Assembly: GCF_021869535.1 (NCBI RefSeq)
Contig: NW_026262626.1
Span: forward strand, 36,890,001 to 36,954,000
DNA from: Mytilus californianus
Lineage: Eukaryota
Length of the DNA stretch: 64,000 bases
Reading direction: 5' to 3'
This document shows positions 51,976 to 64,000 of the stretch, in pieces; position 1 is the first letter of the stretch; the number at the start of each line of letters is the position of its first letter. The notes below the pieces were generated by a model that ran no database searches, was not told where the DNA came from, and saw nothing but the letters and a program-made list of their open reading frames with translations. The translations under genes and the position numbers were made by a program.

Positions 51976-53359
51976 CGAACTTTTAAGTCGAAAATAAAAA
52001 TATATTTGTGTTTTCGGTTACCCGATCAACCCTATTTTTTGCGGCCGTTATGCCGACACTAACATTTCTTTCGAAATTTTGGAAATTATTTAACTTCCTG
52101 AAAAAAAGTCTGGTCTGTTTTACCGACGTCTGGAATTTTATATTTATTAAAACAATCAGTTCAGTTCACTGGCAAGTGGCTATGTCCAATGCCAACACAT
52201 GGATGCTAAAAATACGATTTTGTACAATGAACACAGAAGAACATTTCAGAATAATATATAGTCAGCATAGACTTAAAAGATGACCTCATTAACAATGTCA
52301 ATATATATGAATATTCCTTTGGTAGTCCTCTCATTTACCCACACTTTACACATAAAGTTATGTATAGAGATGACAGAAATTGTATTTATAGATATCTTAC
52401 GACGGAAGTGGATTGGAGAACTCAAAAACAGAATAAAAACGTTTTACCATTGTGTGAAAGATCTGCAGAAAATAAAGAAAAAAGACATTGGTATAACGCC
52501 CTTATCAAACAGAATATGATGTGCTGCCCATTTTGTGTTTTAATAAGTCCTTCTTGTTTGTCTTGCCCCAACGAGTGTCAGTTAGGGTTGAATTGTAGGT
52601 GCGCCTTCTACTTGCATTGAAAGAAGCGTAACAATTTATTAAAATGTGTAATTTAATATGTCAGTTAAAGGGAAACATGTATGCAGTGTATTATATTTAT
52701 AAGCATTGCCACATGTCTCACATTTCCGTGGAGATGATTTTGTCCTCTGCCTATGTCGTGGTATGTTGACTCCAAAAACAATCTGTGAGAAACAACACTA
52801 GTGAATTGCAAGAAGCAGGACATGCTTACCCTTCTTGAGAGCCCGAGGTAACCCAATTTTTTATGCAGTCCGTTTTTCTCATTTGTTTATGGTTTTAGAT
52901 ATTGGGTGTCTGTTGTTTGTCGATGTCTTCTGTTCTCGGCTTGGTTTGTCTTTGTCCATTGATTTCCCTTCGTCTTGACTAACGCTTCGGTTGTCTACTC
53001 GTCATTTCGTCATCTCATACACTTAGTATGATATTTGCTAATTTTGCTTCTTGTATATATGTAGGACTCTGAACCGCGATGGTACTCCGAACCGCGATGG
53101 TCACGCTGAAGTGCGATGGTTTGACGCTGAAGTACGTTTTTGATCACGCTGAAGTGCGATGGTGGCATTGTAACGCTATCTTGTTGATAGCTACGCCGAA
53201 GTGCGATGGTGGTTACGCTGAGGTGCGATGGATTACCTAACCTTTATTGTTAATGTGTCCCATGTCGACGAAAAGGTAAATTTGTTTGCTAGAAGCAGCG
53301 TTTCATGTTTATTAAGTAAATTATCGAGAACAGTAACCTGTTTAATTAAAAATAGTCAT

Positions 53360-53740
53360 AACTAGATTTGTAATTGCGAGCAATAACGGATGGCACCCTT
53401 CTCCCCATTGCCACGGTAACGGCAGCCATTTTGAAAATTCGAAAGTCAAAGAGCGCATCTACACATGCCAATTAACATTGTTGTAAAGTTTCATTAAGGA
53501 TGGAGCATTTTGAAAGTTTATACATTTTTGCTGTTTCCATGGTAACGGCAGCCATCTTGATTATGACATACCCCGATTGCAAATCTGCACATGCTGGTTA
53601 ACATTATGGTATAGTTCCATGACAATTGGTTCATACAATTCCGAGATATAAGCTGGACAAAAAAAGTGTAAGAAAAATAAGAAAAAAAGAAAAGTAGAAT
53701 AAAAATATGTCACCCCGACTCCGTTAAGGGTGCCATAATA
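53360..53740 (+). mobile_element. HINE/Helentron-type non-autonomous element nested in 53060-54760
   Basis: Subterminal inverted repeat ATGGCACCCTT (53390-53400) / AAGGGTGCCAT (53726-53736) plus a 3' hairpin; the same 3' end recurs at about 22365-22400. Confidence 0.6.
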
Positions 53741-54317
53741 AATATTTCCAGTCATAATTGTAAAGTTGTAGTTTGCATTTGGCAAAAATAAGCCAACGTT
53801 CATACAGTCATTCAAGACGCTACATACAAGATTATTTTCCATTAAAACCAGTGTTAATTTCAATGACTTATATTGTGATAGGTGTTTAAGATGTAATTTA
53901 ATAAGGGCCTTATATTAGTTTATTACCGTCGGTGTTTTTTTCTGCAACTGAAGAAAATATAAAATGTTTTTGCATATTCAACATGAATACAACTTGTATT
54001 TTTTTAATACTACCGAAAAAGGGATATAATTAGTAGACAGGGAACATGTAAATGAGATTCTTTTTCGAAATCTATAGAAGTTTTGTTTTTTTCATGTACG
54101 ATGGAGCTTGGAATTCTCCAACTACATATGGGTCCGCAGAGGCACTCCCCGTATTATGATATTACGGTTAACGTGAAAATCATGAGAGCTGAGAGTTGAT
54201 GTTACTTTCAGTAATCTCAGATGAGAGGAACAAAGTAAAGATAAGCTGTTAACGCAGAATAATGTCCTAATGCAGCAAATTTAAAGAAAACAATCTATCA
54301 TTTAGTATGGAACTATA

Positions 54318-54670
54318 AAAGAGAGGCGAAAGATACCAGAGGGACATTCAAACTCATGAGTCGAAAATAAACTGACAACGCCATGGCTAAAAAAGAAAAA
54401 TACCAACAGACAAACAATGATACACAAAACACAACCTAGAAAACTAAAGACTGAGCAACACGAACCCCACCAAAAACTGGGGGTGACCTCAGGTGTTCCA
54501 GAAGGGTAAACAGATCCTACTCCACATGTGGCACCCGTCGTGTTGTTCATGTTAGTACAAACCCGGTAATAAGTCTAATTCGGTAGGTCAAATTCGGAAA
54601 AAGGGGACAGGATTGTAGTTACGACATTAGGAACATATCCGTTATCATCTGTGAAACGGATATTCCAAGT
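54318..54670 (+). repeat. Dispersed repeat family D (GAAAGATACCAGAGGGAC...CACATGTGGCACCCGTCG), representative copy
   Basis: Reverse copy at about 32235-32590 and a fragment at about 52800-52860. Confidence 0.8.
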
Positions 54671-55457
54671 AATGGCTTATATAGACCACTCGGCGGAGAC
54701 CATCGCACTTCAGCGTGACCATCGGACTTCAGCGTCCCAAACGCACCTCCGAGTCCTACATATATACACACATATAATGAGATTTCTATATCCAAGACCA
54801 AGCCCAAGTCCAAGTATATCAACATAGATCGAAATTACCGCTAACTTAAGGGTTTCTGAAAAACAAACTTGAAGATTGTTGCAATGAATGCTTCACAATT
54901 AGGTTGTTGTCATGTATATACATATTTAATAGGAGTAACATGAAGGTCGCATATATCGAGCATGATCTGCTATTAAACCATTCCAGAGCTTACGAGATCA
55001 CACTGGTTAACTTATACGTAGATCAAATGCAAATATGAAGCAGAGATAAATAGAACCCACTCAGTGACAGCCGAATCTATCTACCCTCTCCCTCAACAAA
55101 AATAACAATTAACAAAAAAATCTGCCCTATTTTGAAAACTGATGTAATAGGAAACACACATATTTTTGTGGTGTCCTAACTATGAAAGATATCTCATAAA
55201 TTTATAATTATAAGGAATTTTGGTTTCATTTTTATTAAAAACCTTTATCCTAATCCTGGATATGCATCTGGAATATAGAGAAATATGACCTATGTATCAA
55301 ACAATCGACTATGAATAGACCAGAGCAGTTCAAGATTACCCAGGCGTACACATAATCGCCCAAATTTTAGCTATGTATGGGGAAAAGGGTTGGATATCAA
55401 GTCAGCTTTGGCATTGGGTTAACATCATTCTCTATTGGAACATGATAATAGCATTTG

Positions 55458-55718
55458 ATTGGTTGGCTGATTGATTGATTGATTGTTTGATCTTTGAAGC
55501 AACTTTTAGCACTATTGTTCTATTTCGTAGCGGTCAGTTTTTATTAATAGAGGAAGCCGGAGAGCCCGGATATAGCCACCGATATTCTGTAGGAAAAAAT
55601 AACAATCCTAGTAAATTAAGATGCAGTCGAGCGCACCTGTCAGGTGCAGGATTCAAACTCATAACCTCAGTGTTGACAGGCTAGTTCGACTACTTAGACC
55701 ACTCTGCCACCGAGAAGC
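55458..55718 (-). mobile_element. Diverged SINE copy
   Basis: (ATTG)n tail, GAGGAAGCCGGAGAGCCCGG core, reverse tRNA-like head CTTAGACCACTCTGCCACCGAG. Confidence 0.8.
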
Positions 55719-55946
55719 CTTGATAACGTTTGAAGACAATCAACTAACGAAAGGGGTGTTTAACATGAATTATGAAAAACGTTGCACAAACAATTGGTGA
55801 TATTCGCACTGCACCGAATACGTTACATTATTACGATAGACGATCAGTTATGACTTTAAATGCTTTGAAACAAATTGTGTGCAATTATCATTTTTCTAAT
55901 AGGAGAGGAGAACCTTTTGAAAATATGCCAAAGCTACTCTCCTTCA

Positions 55947-56295
55947 GGATGTTCGCTCGTCTGGTTTAAAATAACAAGGTTTTTAAAAGACTGCTATAAA
56001 TTGATAGCATATGAATAACAGAACTTAAAAAAGCAGAAAAAAGGTCCGTCCTTTTTTTTTGAGATATAAGCAGTCGAAAAGTTAAGCGGGAAATTATTCT
56101 CTCTAGATCTTTCCTTCATTTAACAATGGCACATATTTTCTTTCAAACATCAAGACAAAATGACAGTATTTTATTATATTTTCAAAAATTTCTTTTTAAA
56201 CTATAGTTTTTAAAATTTTGAATGACACTACATGGATAAAACTAGTGAATTCCGAATATCTGACAAAATGTCAAAAACAAGAGAAGCGAACATCA
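55947..56295. mobile_element. MITE with ~20-bp degenerate TIRs (Kolobok-like)
   Basis: TTCA|GGATGTTCGCTCGTCTGGTTT ... AAACAAGAGAAGCGAACATCA|TTAA. Confidence 0.5.
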
Positions 56296-56938
56296 TTAAA
56301 CTTTTCAACAGGCTGTGCTGTGAAATGGAACACTATGTCAAACTAATTCTTGCAAAAAACGAACGAAATAATGATTAAATTTGAAATATTACTGATCCGA
56401 ATCGAGACTAGTAGATATACATGGGAAAAAGAGAGGATGGACTGTCAATTTTGTTGCTCTAATTTAAATCTTTAGCTGTGTCACTTTACTATACTAGAAA
56501 ACAAACAGTTTACTGTAGTTAATATTTTTTAACATAATTATTCGATTCCCGAGGTAATTGAAATGTAATTAACTGTTTTATTATCAATATAGGCATTAAT
56601 GAATTTTGTTTTCAATTTCTCTATCTTTTATCTACCCATACGATTGTGAAAAGTGTAACTTATTCATGATTTAATTATTTTCAATCATTCTGGGAAAATG
56701 CCTTAGAAAACAGAATATTTTATCACCAGAACATGCAGAAGGTGTGACAAACATCAACATTTTGATATATTTGCAATACTACCACCTTGTTTTATTTCAA
56801 TAAAATGTGTATTTTTACAGGAAGTTGTACTTGCTGCCTAAACTGAATTAAGATTTTGCTAGATGTAATTAACCTTGATTGAACATCATAAATCGCAAAA
56901 AACATACGGAAGCTACATTGATGCGTCGTTAAGGCACG

Positions 56939-57082
56939 ATGGATGGGAAAAATGCTGTTCTTAAAATAATTATTTTTATATTATTTGGAAATATTAAAGG
57001 CATGGATATGAATGACGTATGTCAAATAAACGATGTAACGTGTAAAAGACCAAAGGCTAAGTATGGGTACAGTCATTTATAA
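56939..57082 (+). pseudogene. Truncated tandem duplicate of the PAN-sushi gene leader exon (47-aa ORF: signal peptide plus 2-Cys segment)
   Basis: MDGKNAVLKIIIFILFGNIKGMDMNDVCQINDVTCKRP aligns without gaps to MEGRNAFVTVTVFMLFGNIKGLDMNDVCSTNDDTCKTP. The upstream non-coding ~400 bp is also duplicated (56535-56938 vs 57190-57584). Confidence 0.75.
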
Positions 57083-57584
57083 ATATTAGCATCTGCTTTA
57101 GTCGCAAACATAAAGAAGAGGGATCGGTTATAGATATTTGAAAATAATTGAAACGAAATTGAACAATCATACGTTTGTATTTCACAGAAATTTAATTATT
57201 CCCGAGGCATTTAAACTGGTTTTTTTATTAGTATAAGCAATAATATTTTTTTCTCTTCCATTTTGATATCTTTTATCTACTTATACAGTTGTGAAATTTG
57301 TAACTTATTAATGATTTAATTATTTTTTAACCTTCCGGGAATCGAAACTGTTTGAAAAAAAAGAATAGTTTATCACCAGAATGCGTGACAAACGTCAACA
57401 TTTTGATGTATTTGCTTTACTTCAATACCTTTTTTCATTTCAATATAATTTGTTATCTTAAAGGAAGTTGGACTTGCTGTTTTAACCGAATTTTTATTTT
57501 GCAAGATATAATTATCCTTTATTGAATAAGCATCATAAAGCTCAAAAACATTCAACAGCTACATTGGTGCGTTGTTAAGGCACA

Positions 57585-60500
57585 ATGGAGGGGAGAAACG
57601 CTTTCGTTACAGTGACTGTTTTTATGTTATTTGGAAATATTAAAGGCTTGGATATGAATGACGTATGTTCGACGAATGATGATACGTGTAAAACGCCAAG
57701 CATTTCCGGCGTTGGAATGCAAAAGTGTGGTAAATGCTCGAAAACAGGGGTTCTTTTAAGATTCCAGGAAAAAACACTTCTTGAATGTGGACAGGAATGT
57801 CTATTGACGGCAGAATGCACATCAATTAATTACAGACCAAATAAAAATTTATGTGACATTGTAAGCTCTACTTCCGGTGGCAACGATATAGACAACGATT
57901 CAACATGTTTCAACAGCGACATATCAAATTGGCATAAGGTGAGATGACCATAGCATTATTGAATGAAACGTAAACTAATAGTAATTGCACTCTAGGGAAA
58001 GTCATTTAATAAGACGTTGCCGATTGGATTAGACATCATGTATCGGGACGCTAAGACTGTGCAATTGTAATTTACCAGGACGTTGAATGTCTGAATGATT
58101 CCATATCCACTTGTTTGCTTACAAAATCAGGCATCGCATAATCTTAATTGTTTTTTTCAAATTTGTTTTATTTGACACCATGTTTTAAATGACACTAAAC
58201 TACCTGAGAAGATCACAGTTTTGAACATTAAATTTTCAGAATTGTTACTGCTCCTTTCTTTTTGCTTCGAAATCTAATAAAACGATTATTTTTTCCTCTT
58301 ATCGATTGAAATTGATAAGTAAAAAGTGTTTAAATAGCTTACTAGTATTCAAAACCGGTAACAACATTCTACGATTTACGACAGCTTTGGTCCGTGTCTG
58401 AGAAATATGTCCAACTTCCCCTGAATGTATTGCACTCGAGTGGTATTTTCAAAAGGTCGATTCTTCAGTAAAAATTCGCACTGTAGTTACTCTGATGTTC
58501 TAACAAACGTAATCTGATATTTATAACATGTATACAAATTAAGAATGCTCATAAATGGCCATGTAATATTCTAATACATGTTTCTATTAAAAAATGCAAT
58601 CTAAAATATATCAAAAGCAAAATTCACACAGAGGTTAGAAATATACATTTCTATATACTCTTTTTCATTATTTTGGTTATGGATGCCCTTCAAATCAAAT
58701 ATTTTAAAAACAACTGAACCTGAAATATTGTATAAAAACTGTCTTCATCTTAAATGTGTAAGTGAACAGTATACTATTATTTAGGTTTTTTTGGGCTCTG
58801 TGAGTGAAACGTCAAAGGATCGAATTTGGCCATACATAGTTTCAAAATAATGGACATAAAACGTAGAGGACTTTTTTTTTTTTATAGAAATAGAATGTAG
58901 CATAAAAGATAAAAGTTACATTGATATGTTTTCCCACACTATGATATTAATATTGCCTTTTATAGTCCTTGGCAGGGGAATGCGCAGACCATACGTGTGC
59001 AGCTGGAACAAAGTGTAAATTCAATGGCGACGTTGATTGTGTCAATGCATGTGAGTTTAAAAGGTTATTTCGTATTTCGTGAATAAAACGAAATAGACTT
59101 GTTTTTTTAGGATAACTTTTACGGAAAAGCATCCAAATACTCCAAACTACCATGTACACATTGCTTGCAGTGGATTTTGAATAGTAAATATATGGTATAT
59201 ATTATCCATTGTTTAAGTTTTAATATATATATTAATATATGAATAAAAATTTCCCTGCAAATGCAGGTTACAGAAGTGGAAAGGATAATGGGTTTGAATT
59301 TTGTATCTCACAATTGTTTCCCGTTAACCTACCTTTAGTTGACTAAGTTACCTGATTCTTTTACTTTGATATAACGTATCTCACAAAATGTATGCATGGT
59401 GGATATTGTTTCCCTCATAGGAAATATGCTCTACTTAAGAAGAACAAAAACATAGAAACAATTCATCATAACATCTAAAAACGTTAGATCACTCATTTGA
59501 AGTAGTTAATAATAATTAAAGATATTGTATTTTTGAATAACAAAATTCCCATGTGTAATCCACTTATAATTAACACTGTGTTTACTTTACTTGTTTATTT
59601 CAAATGACAATATTAGCAGAAAGTGTGTAAACGCTGGTCTGTAATCTTATTGATTTACACTAACAAAAAAGGAAAACGCTACTAGCTATAATTGATTATA
59701 ATAACTATGAATAAAAAAATGCTGAGTTTACGTCAATGGAAGAGCAACCCAAAAGAACATAAAACCTATTTAGATGTCAATCTTTATGATGGAGCTAGAT
59801 TATGAAGCTTGATTGTCCCTTATACAATAATCTCACTTAAAATTACCTTAAGTTACTGAGGGGACCGACAGTATTATATACATTGTACAAATTTTGTAAT
59901 TTTCCTTAAACTAAGGTTCACACTCCTGAAGACAAAAGTAAGTTTTCCGATTCTATGTTATCAAAGTAATGTGTATATTTGACAAACATTTTTCGATACG
60001 TACTTTGCGAAGATTGAATGTTCTGAATACATAGAAAATCGGGTATCTGCAGTTTTTGCATCACGTAATGGAACACTGTGATCTCTCGTGTAGACAAGCG
60101 AATATAGTATAAGTAATAAGACATCGGTAATGCTTTAGAAAAGAAGCAATCCTATTTGAAATGGAAAAGGCATCACACATTATGTCACCGAATGGCCGTT
60201 AACATTGTAGGTGTCCACACCATATATTAAGATTTATATGGTCCTTAAAAAGTTGTATTTGTGCAAATAAATTAGTATCGTAATGACTTTAGAATTTAGA
60301 GTATTGAAAATCTATATTTTGACTCGAGAATTTTTGCACTAGTATACAATTACTTTTTTGTAAAGAAATACACATGTTTAAAGAATCGACACGAATCCTA
60401 CAAAAGCTTGCAGTAATAAGTGTATGAAGGTAAGTTATCTTTATCTCCATATGGGGCCAGTGTGAAGTCTAGGAATTGGTTTGATAAAGCAGTACGTTAT

Positions 60501-60721
60501 AAATGGATAGATTTCTGGGATAAATTCAAATTGAATTCTTATAGATTGTACAGATTTGCCATCAACACCGAAAGCTGAAATTGTGGAGTGGTTTGGGTTG
60601 TATAGAAACTTTGATATGGCAAATAAATACAAATGCCAAAATGGTCATTTGATGATTGGGAGACATTTTGCTATTTGTCGGGCGACAGGTGACTGGGATG
60701 TATTGTTTTCTTGTATTGAAG
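57585..60721 (+). CDS. Secreted signal peptide-PAN/apple-EGF-like-sushi(CCP) protein, 5' part (exons 57585-57938, 58966-59050, 60545-60721; probably continues)
   Basis: Exon A: Met plus hydrophobic leader, then ECGQECLLTAECTSINYRPNKNLCDI (PAN/apple pattern), donor gtgaga, phase 0. Exon B: SLAGECADHTCAAGTKCKFNGDVDCVNA (4-Cys EGF-like), tatag / gtgagt, phase 0 to 1. Exon C: YCTDLPSTP...YKCQNGH.MIG...AICRATGDWDVLFSC (sushi C-P...Y.C..G...G...C...G.W...C), phase 1 to 1. Confidence 0.85.
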
Positions 60722-62046
60722 GTAACTTAACTCATCATAGATAATTTATGATTTAAGATAATAAGATCAAAGAGGTACTAGTATATGAAATAATATGAAA
60801 AAAAGAAGATGTGGTATGATTGCTAATGAGACAACTCTCCACAAAAGACGAAATGACATAGAATTTAACAACTATAGTTCAACGTACGGCCTTCAACAAT
60901 AAGCAAAACTCATACCGAATAGTTAGCTAAAAAATTCCCTAAATTACTAATGTAAAGCAATTTAAGCGAAAAAACCGACGTCCTGATCTATTTTTAAACG
61001 AAAAACAAATGTGATATACAGCAACAGCAGCCAACCACTAAATTACAGACAGGCACATACAGAATGTTGCAGGGTGGAACATGTTAGCGGCCGCCCAACC
61101 CCCTTACCTTGGACAGTGGTATAACAACACAACATAAGAGAAAACTATAAAAATCAGTTGAAAAGGGCAGATTGATGCAAAGCACAAAAACATATATAAA
61201 AACGCAAAAGACACAAAGTACAAATCTAAGAGTAATATTCGCAGTGACTGAAAGCTAGTTCAGAGCCATTAACAATTTATAAATGAGTTGAAAGAACTTC
61301 TACCAAAGATTATCAATTCAACATTGTAGTATGAACTTTGAAAAGAATCTTTACCAATAAAAACATTGATTTTATTTTTATTAGTTTAATTTAGATATGG
61401 ACTAGCTTTTAGTAACTATCAGTACTCTCAGATCTATACTGTGTGCGTCTTTTTTGTGATTAGTACCGATATGACCAGTCAAGTCATTTTTTTACTGATT
61501 TGTACAGCTGACAGTTTATTCCAATGTTATCTGTTACAAAACTGTCCCAAGTTAGGTAAAGGGTTGAGCACCCAAACACATGTTTAACCCACACATTCTT
61601 TATGTGCTTATCTCAAGTCAGGAGACGGTAGTCAAAGTGGTAAGGAGACAGTAGTCAAAGTGGTTTTGATAGTTGCCATTTGTCATAATTGTTTTATATT
61701 CGTAGCTTAAGTCAGTTTATTAGTTTTCTCTTTTGCATAGCTGATTTTGAGGTATGGTTTTAGATAATTGCTGAAGGTTTACAATGTAGTTGTGTACAGA
61801 CGCGTTCTTTAGTGGATTGATGGTTGTCTCGCATGCAATTATATATACATTGTACCACACCACTTCATTTTTTATAATTATGTGATAACATCTATTAAAG
61901 AGGTAAGTCTTCCATGTCATGTCCTATGTTTATTTTAATATATATGTAAACCTTGTAATTATTAATTAATTTATCATTTATTAATGAAATGTACATTTAT
62001 ACCCCGAGGGGGTAAAGGCATATAAACAATACAATTCAAATATATA

Positions 62047-62784
62047 TGTTCCGGACCATATGAGTATTTGGACCATACGCGTATGGTCATGACCATATGC
62101 GTATACCCATATGGTCCGACCATACGCGTATGGTCGGACCATATGAGTATAATACTCGTTTTGTTATTAACGTGCCGGACCATATCAGTATTTAGACCAT
62201 ATCGGTATTTTTCAAATAAATTCTAACTTCCTTCGCAAGAGCACACAGCTCATTCTCCTATCCTCAACCGGTACGAGTAACTAACTGAATTCCTTTATCT
62301 TTACATATTGTCTGAATCTTGGTGTATCTCTTATCTTGCTTTCGCTATAATCAATTTAGAGCGTTATATCTTGTCGACTTTTTCGTCCGGAAGTGAAACC
62401 GCAGGCGTTTTGAGCATGTCCCTTTTTTTCATTTTTCTAACCGTTTAAATAATTATTTCAGAGAAGAAAAATTCTTCTGATCTCAACGTATTTTCATTTA
62501 ATTATTGTGATCTTTTTCCGATTTTTCCGATTTTTCTGTTATTGTAAGATCGTATAAATTGGAGCAAGAATAGATTAGATAACTAAAAATAATTTGAAAT
62601 ATTCAAGAAATTTTAATTTAATAAAAAACACGAAACATAAGTGTTTAACATGAAAAGAAAGAGGGTTCAATGATCAAAGTTCCTGTGAGTTAAGCAATTT
62701 ACTACTTGTTTTTAAAAACAGTTCATTTTGATATTTGGTCATGACCATACGCGTATGGTCCAAATACTCATATGGTTCGGAACA
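62047..62784. mobile_element. Non-autonomous TIR element, TGT...ACA termini, TATA target duplication
   Basis: tata|TGTTCCGGACCATATGAGTATTTGGACCATACGCGTATGGTCATGACCA ... near-exact reverse complement ending GGAACA|tata. Confidence 0.85.
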
Positions 62785-62859
62785 TATACACAATGCAAAA
62801 ATTATAAGATATTAAACATCATATATAGCGGTAGTAAAAAAGTAATTATATTTATGCAG

Positions 62860-62909
62860 GTGTTGTGTCCACTCTCCTCAGTGCAAATGACTTTTTAATG
62901 AACGGAACA
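62860..62909 (+). CDS. Candidate next exon of the PAN-sushi gene (GVVSTLLSANDFLMNGT)
   Basis: tttatgcag / gtaagc. Only the phase-1 frame, the one required by the previous exon, is open. Confidence 0.5.
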
Positions 62910-64000
62910 GTAAGCTGCATAATATCATATGAAGATAGAAGTAATTGTAATCTATCTTTTTCAGATAATTTCAAAAAATCTGGACACATATCATTTATGT
63001 CTTTTCAAGCTGTTTTCGTAAAGATTTATTAATTTTACATGTTAAGAAAAAGTGGGTTTCATCTTCAACTTCATTAATATTACAATGCTTACATATTCTA
63101 TTTTTGTTTGTTTTTTTAAGTTATTTTATATCCACCCCTCTCTATTTCTAAGAAATGGTCACTTACTAGCATTTTACATAATATTTTTCGATTTTCAAAA
63201 TTATTTTTAAGAATGTATTTGTCTAATTCATATGTTGTCTTAATTTTACTGTACACGAACATTTTAATTGTTTCATTGGTTGATTTAAATTTTTCAAAGA
63301 ATATATTTTCAAAGCTGTCTTTTAGTTCTTTTTTAATATTTTTTTAGAAGGAACTCTTCTCTTGTTTATAGTTTATTTCCTGTATTTTATTTATGTCTAT
63401 TTTACTTGTATTGACTATATTTTTCTACATATGAGAACCATGAAAATGTACCCTGTGTGCTGAGCCATTTAGATAAACAAAAAGCATCATATAATAAAGG
63501 GTTATTTTCATCACTGGATATTCTTGCTAAGTATTTCAATGATTGTATTCTAATAAAGACATCTATAGGGTAATGGGCTAGTTCTGCTGTAGAAAGCTAT
63601 ATTGACAGATTGTGTACTAAACCCCAGTATATATTTGCAAAATGTTGAATGTGTCTTCTCCACATGGCTACTATCAATCATTGCTAAAAATCAAATGTAC
63701 TCATGTCTTTATTTTGTGTTCATCTATCAGCTCTAATTGTTTTTTCATAAAAATCCATATACCAAATTTCGAGTTATATACATAGAAATGGGTTTAACTA
63801 GGGGTTCGAACAATTTTTTGTATAGTTTTATAGACACATTTTCTAATGGAGAAAGATACTTTAAAATAAAAAAACATAACTTTAGTACCTTTCTTAGCCA
63901 GTACAACTAATATACTGATACCAAAACATATTAAGCGAGGTGTACAATATTTACAAATATAAAGGCCTATTCATGTTACAATAAGCATAGAGCATAAACG

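Larger units (their letters stand above)
53060..54760. mobile_element. Non-autonomous TIR element, TGT...ACA termini, TATA target duplication (Ginger2-like), with nested insertions
   Basis: tata|TGTAGGACTC...GAGTCCTACA|tata; both ends carry ACGCTGAAGTGCGATGG subrepeats in inverted orientation. Confidence 0.75.

Noticed and set aside
52280-52620. Overlapping 79-aa and 86-aa ORFs
   Set aside because: No domain signature and no linked exons; likely chance.
53066-53235. Short repeats with variable gaps resembling a mini-CRISPR
   Set aside because: They are TIR subrepeats mirrored at 54700-54760.
54302-54550. 82-aa minus-strand ORF (and 32401-32592)
   Set aside because: It lies within dispersed repeat family D.
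56939-57584. Copy-1 leader exon splicing in frame into copy 2 (AA|gt at 57060 to acceptor 57463)
   Set aside because: The phase fits, but a TAA occurs within 7 codons of the acceptor.

Overview
AT-rich, intron-rich eukaryotic DNA. The repeat families look like those of a mytilid bivalve (Mytilus-like), which is an inference from remembered repeat sequences. The + strand from about 2.75 to 45.8 kb carries the 3' 28 exons (about 1,328 codons, ending at TAA 45777-45779) of an RNF213/mysterin-like giant E3 ligase. All 27 GT-AG junctions join in frame. The segment covers the C3HC4 RING, the RZ finger and the C-terminal domain; the gene starts upstream of the window. The RZ finger is intact but split over a 35-nt microexon and a 95-nt exon, with a CxC spacing variant, whereas the RING has lost typical E2-contact residues. 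From about 57.6 kb a second + strand gene encodes a secreted signal peptide-PAN/apple-EGF-like-sushi protein that probably runs past the window end; its leader exon has a truncated tandem duplicate just upstream. Introns and the intergenic region contain tRNA-derived SINEs with TSDs, three TGT...ACA (Ginger-like) non-autonomous elements (one filled by a ~166-bp satellite), TTAA- and TA-target MITEs, long inverted repeats, a Penelope-like RT fragment and a LINE RT fragment. They also contain several minimal hammerhead-ribozyme motifs, one of them nearly intact and on the sense strand of an RNF213 intron. No CRISPR array, rRNA or true tRNA gene was found.
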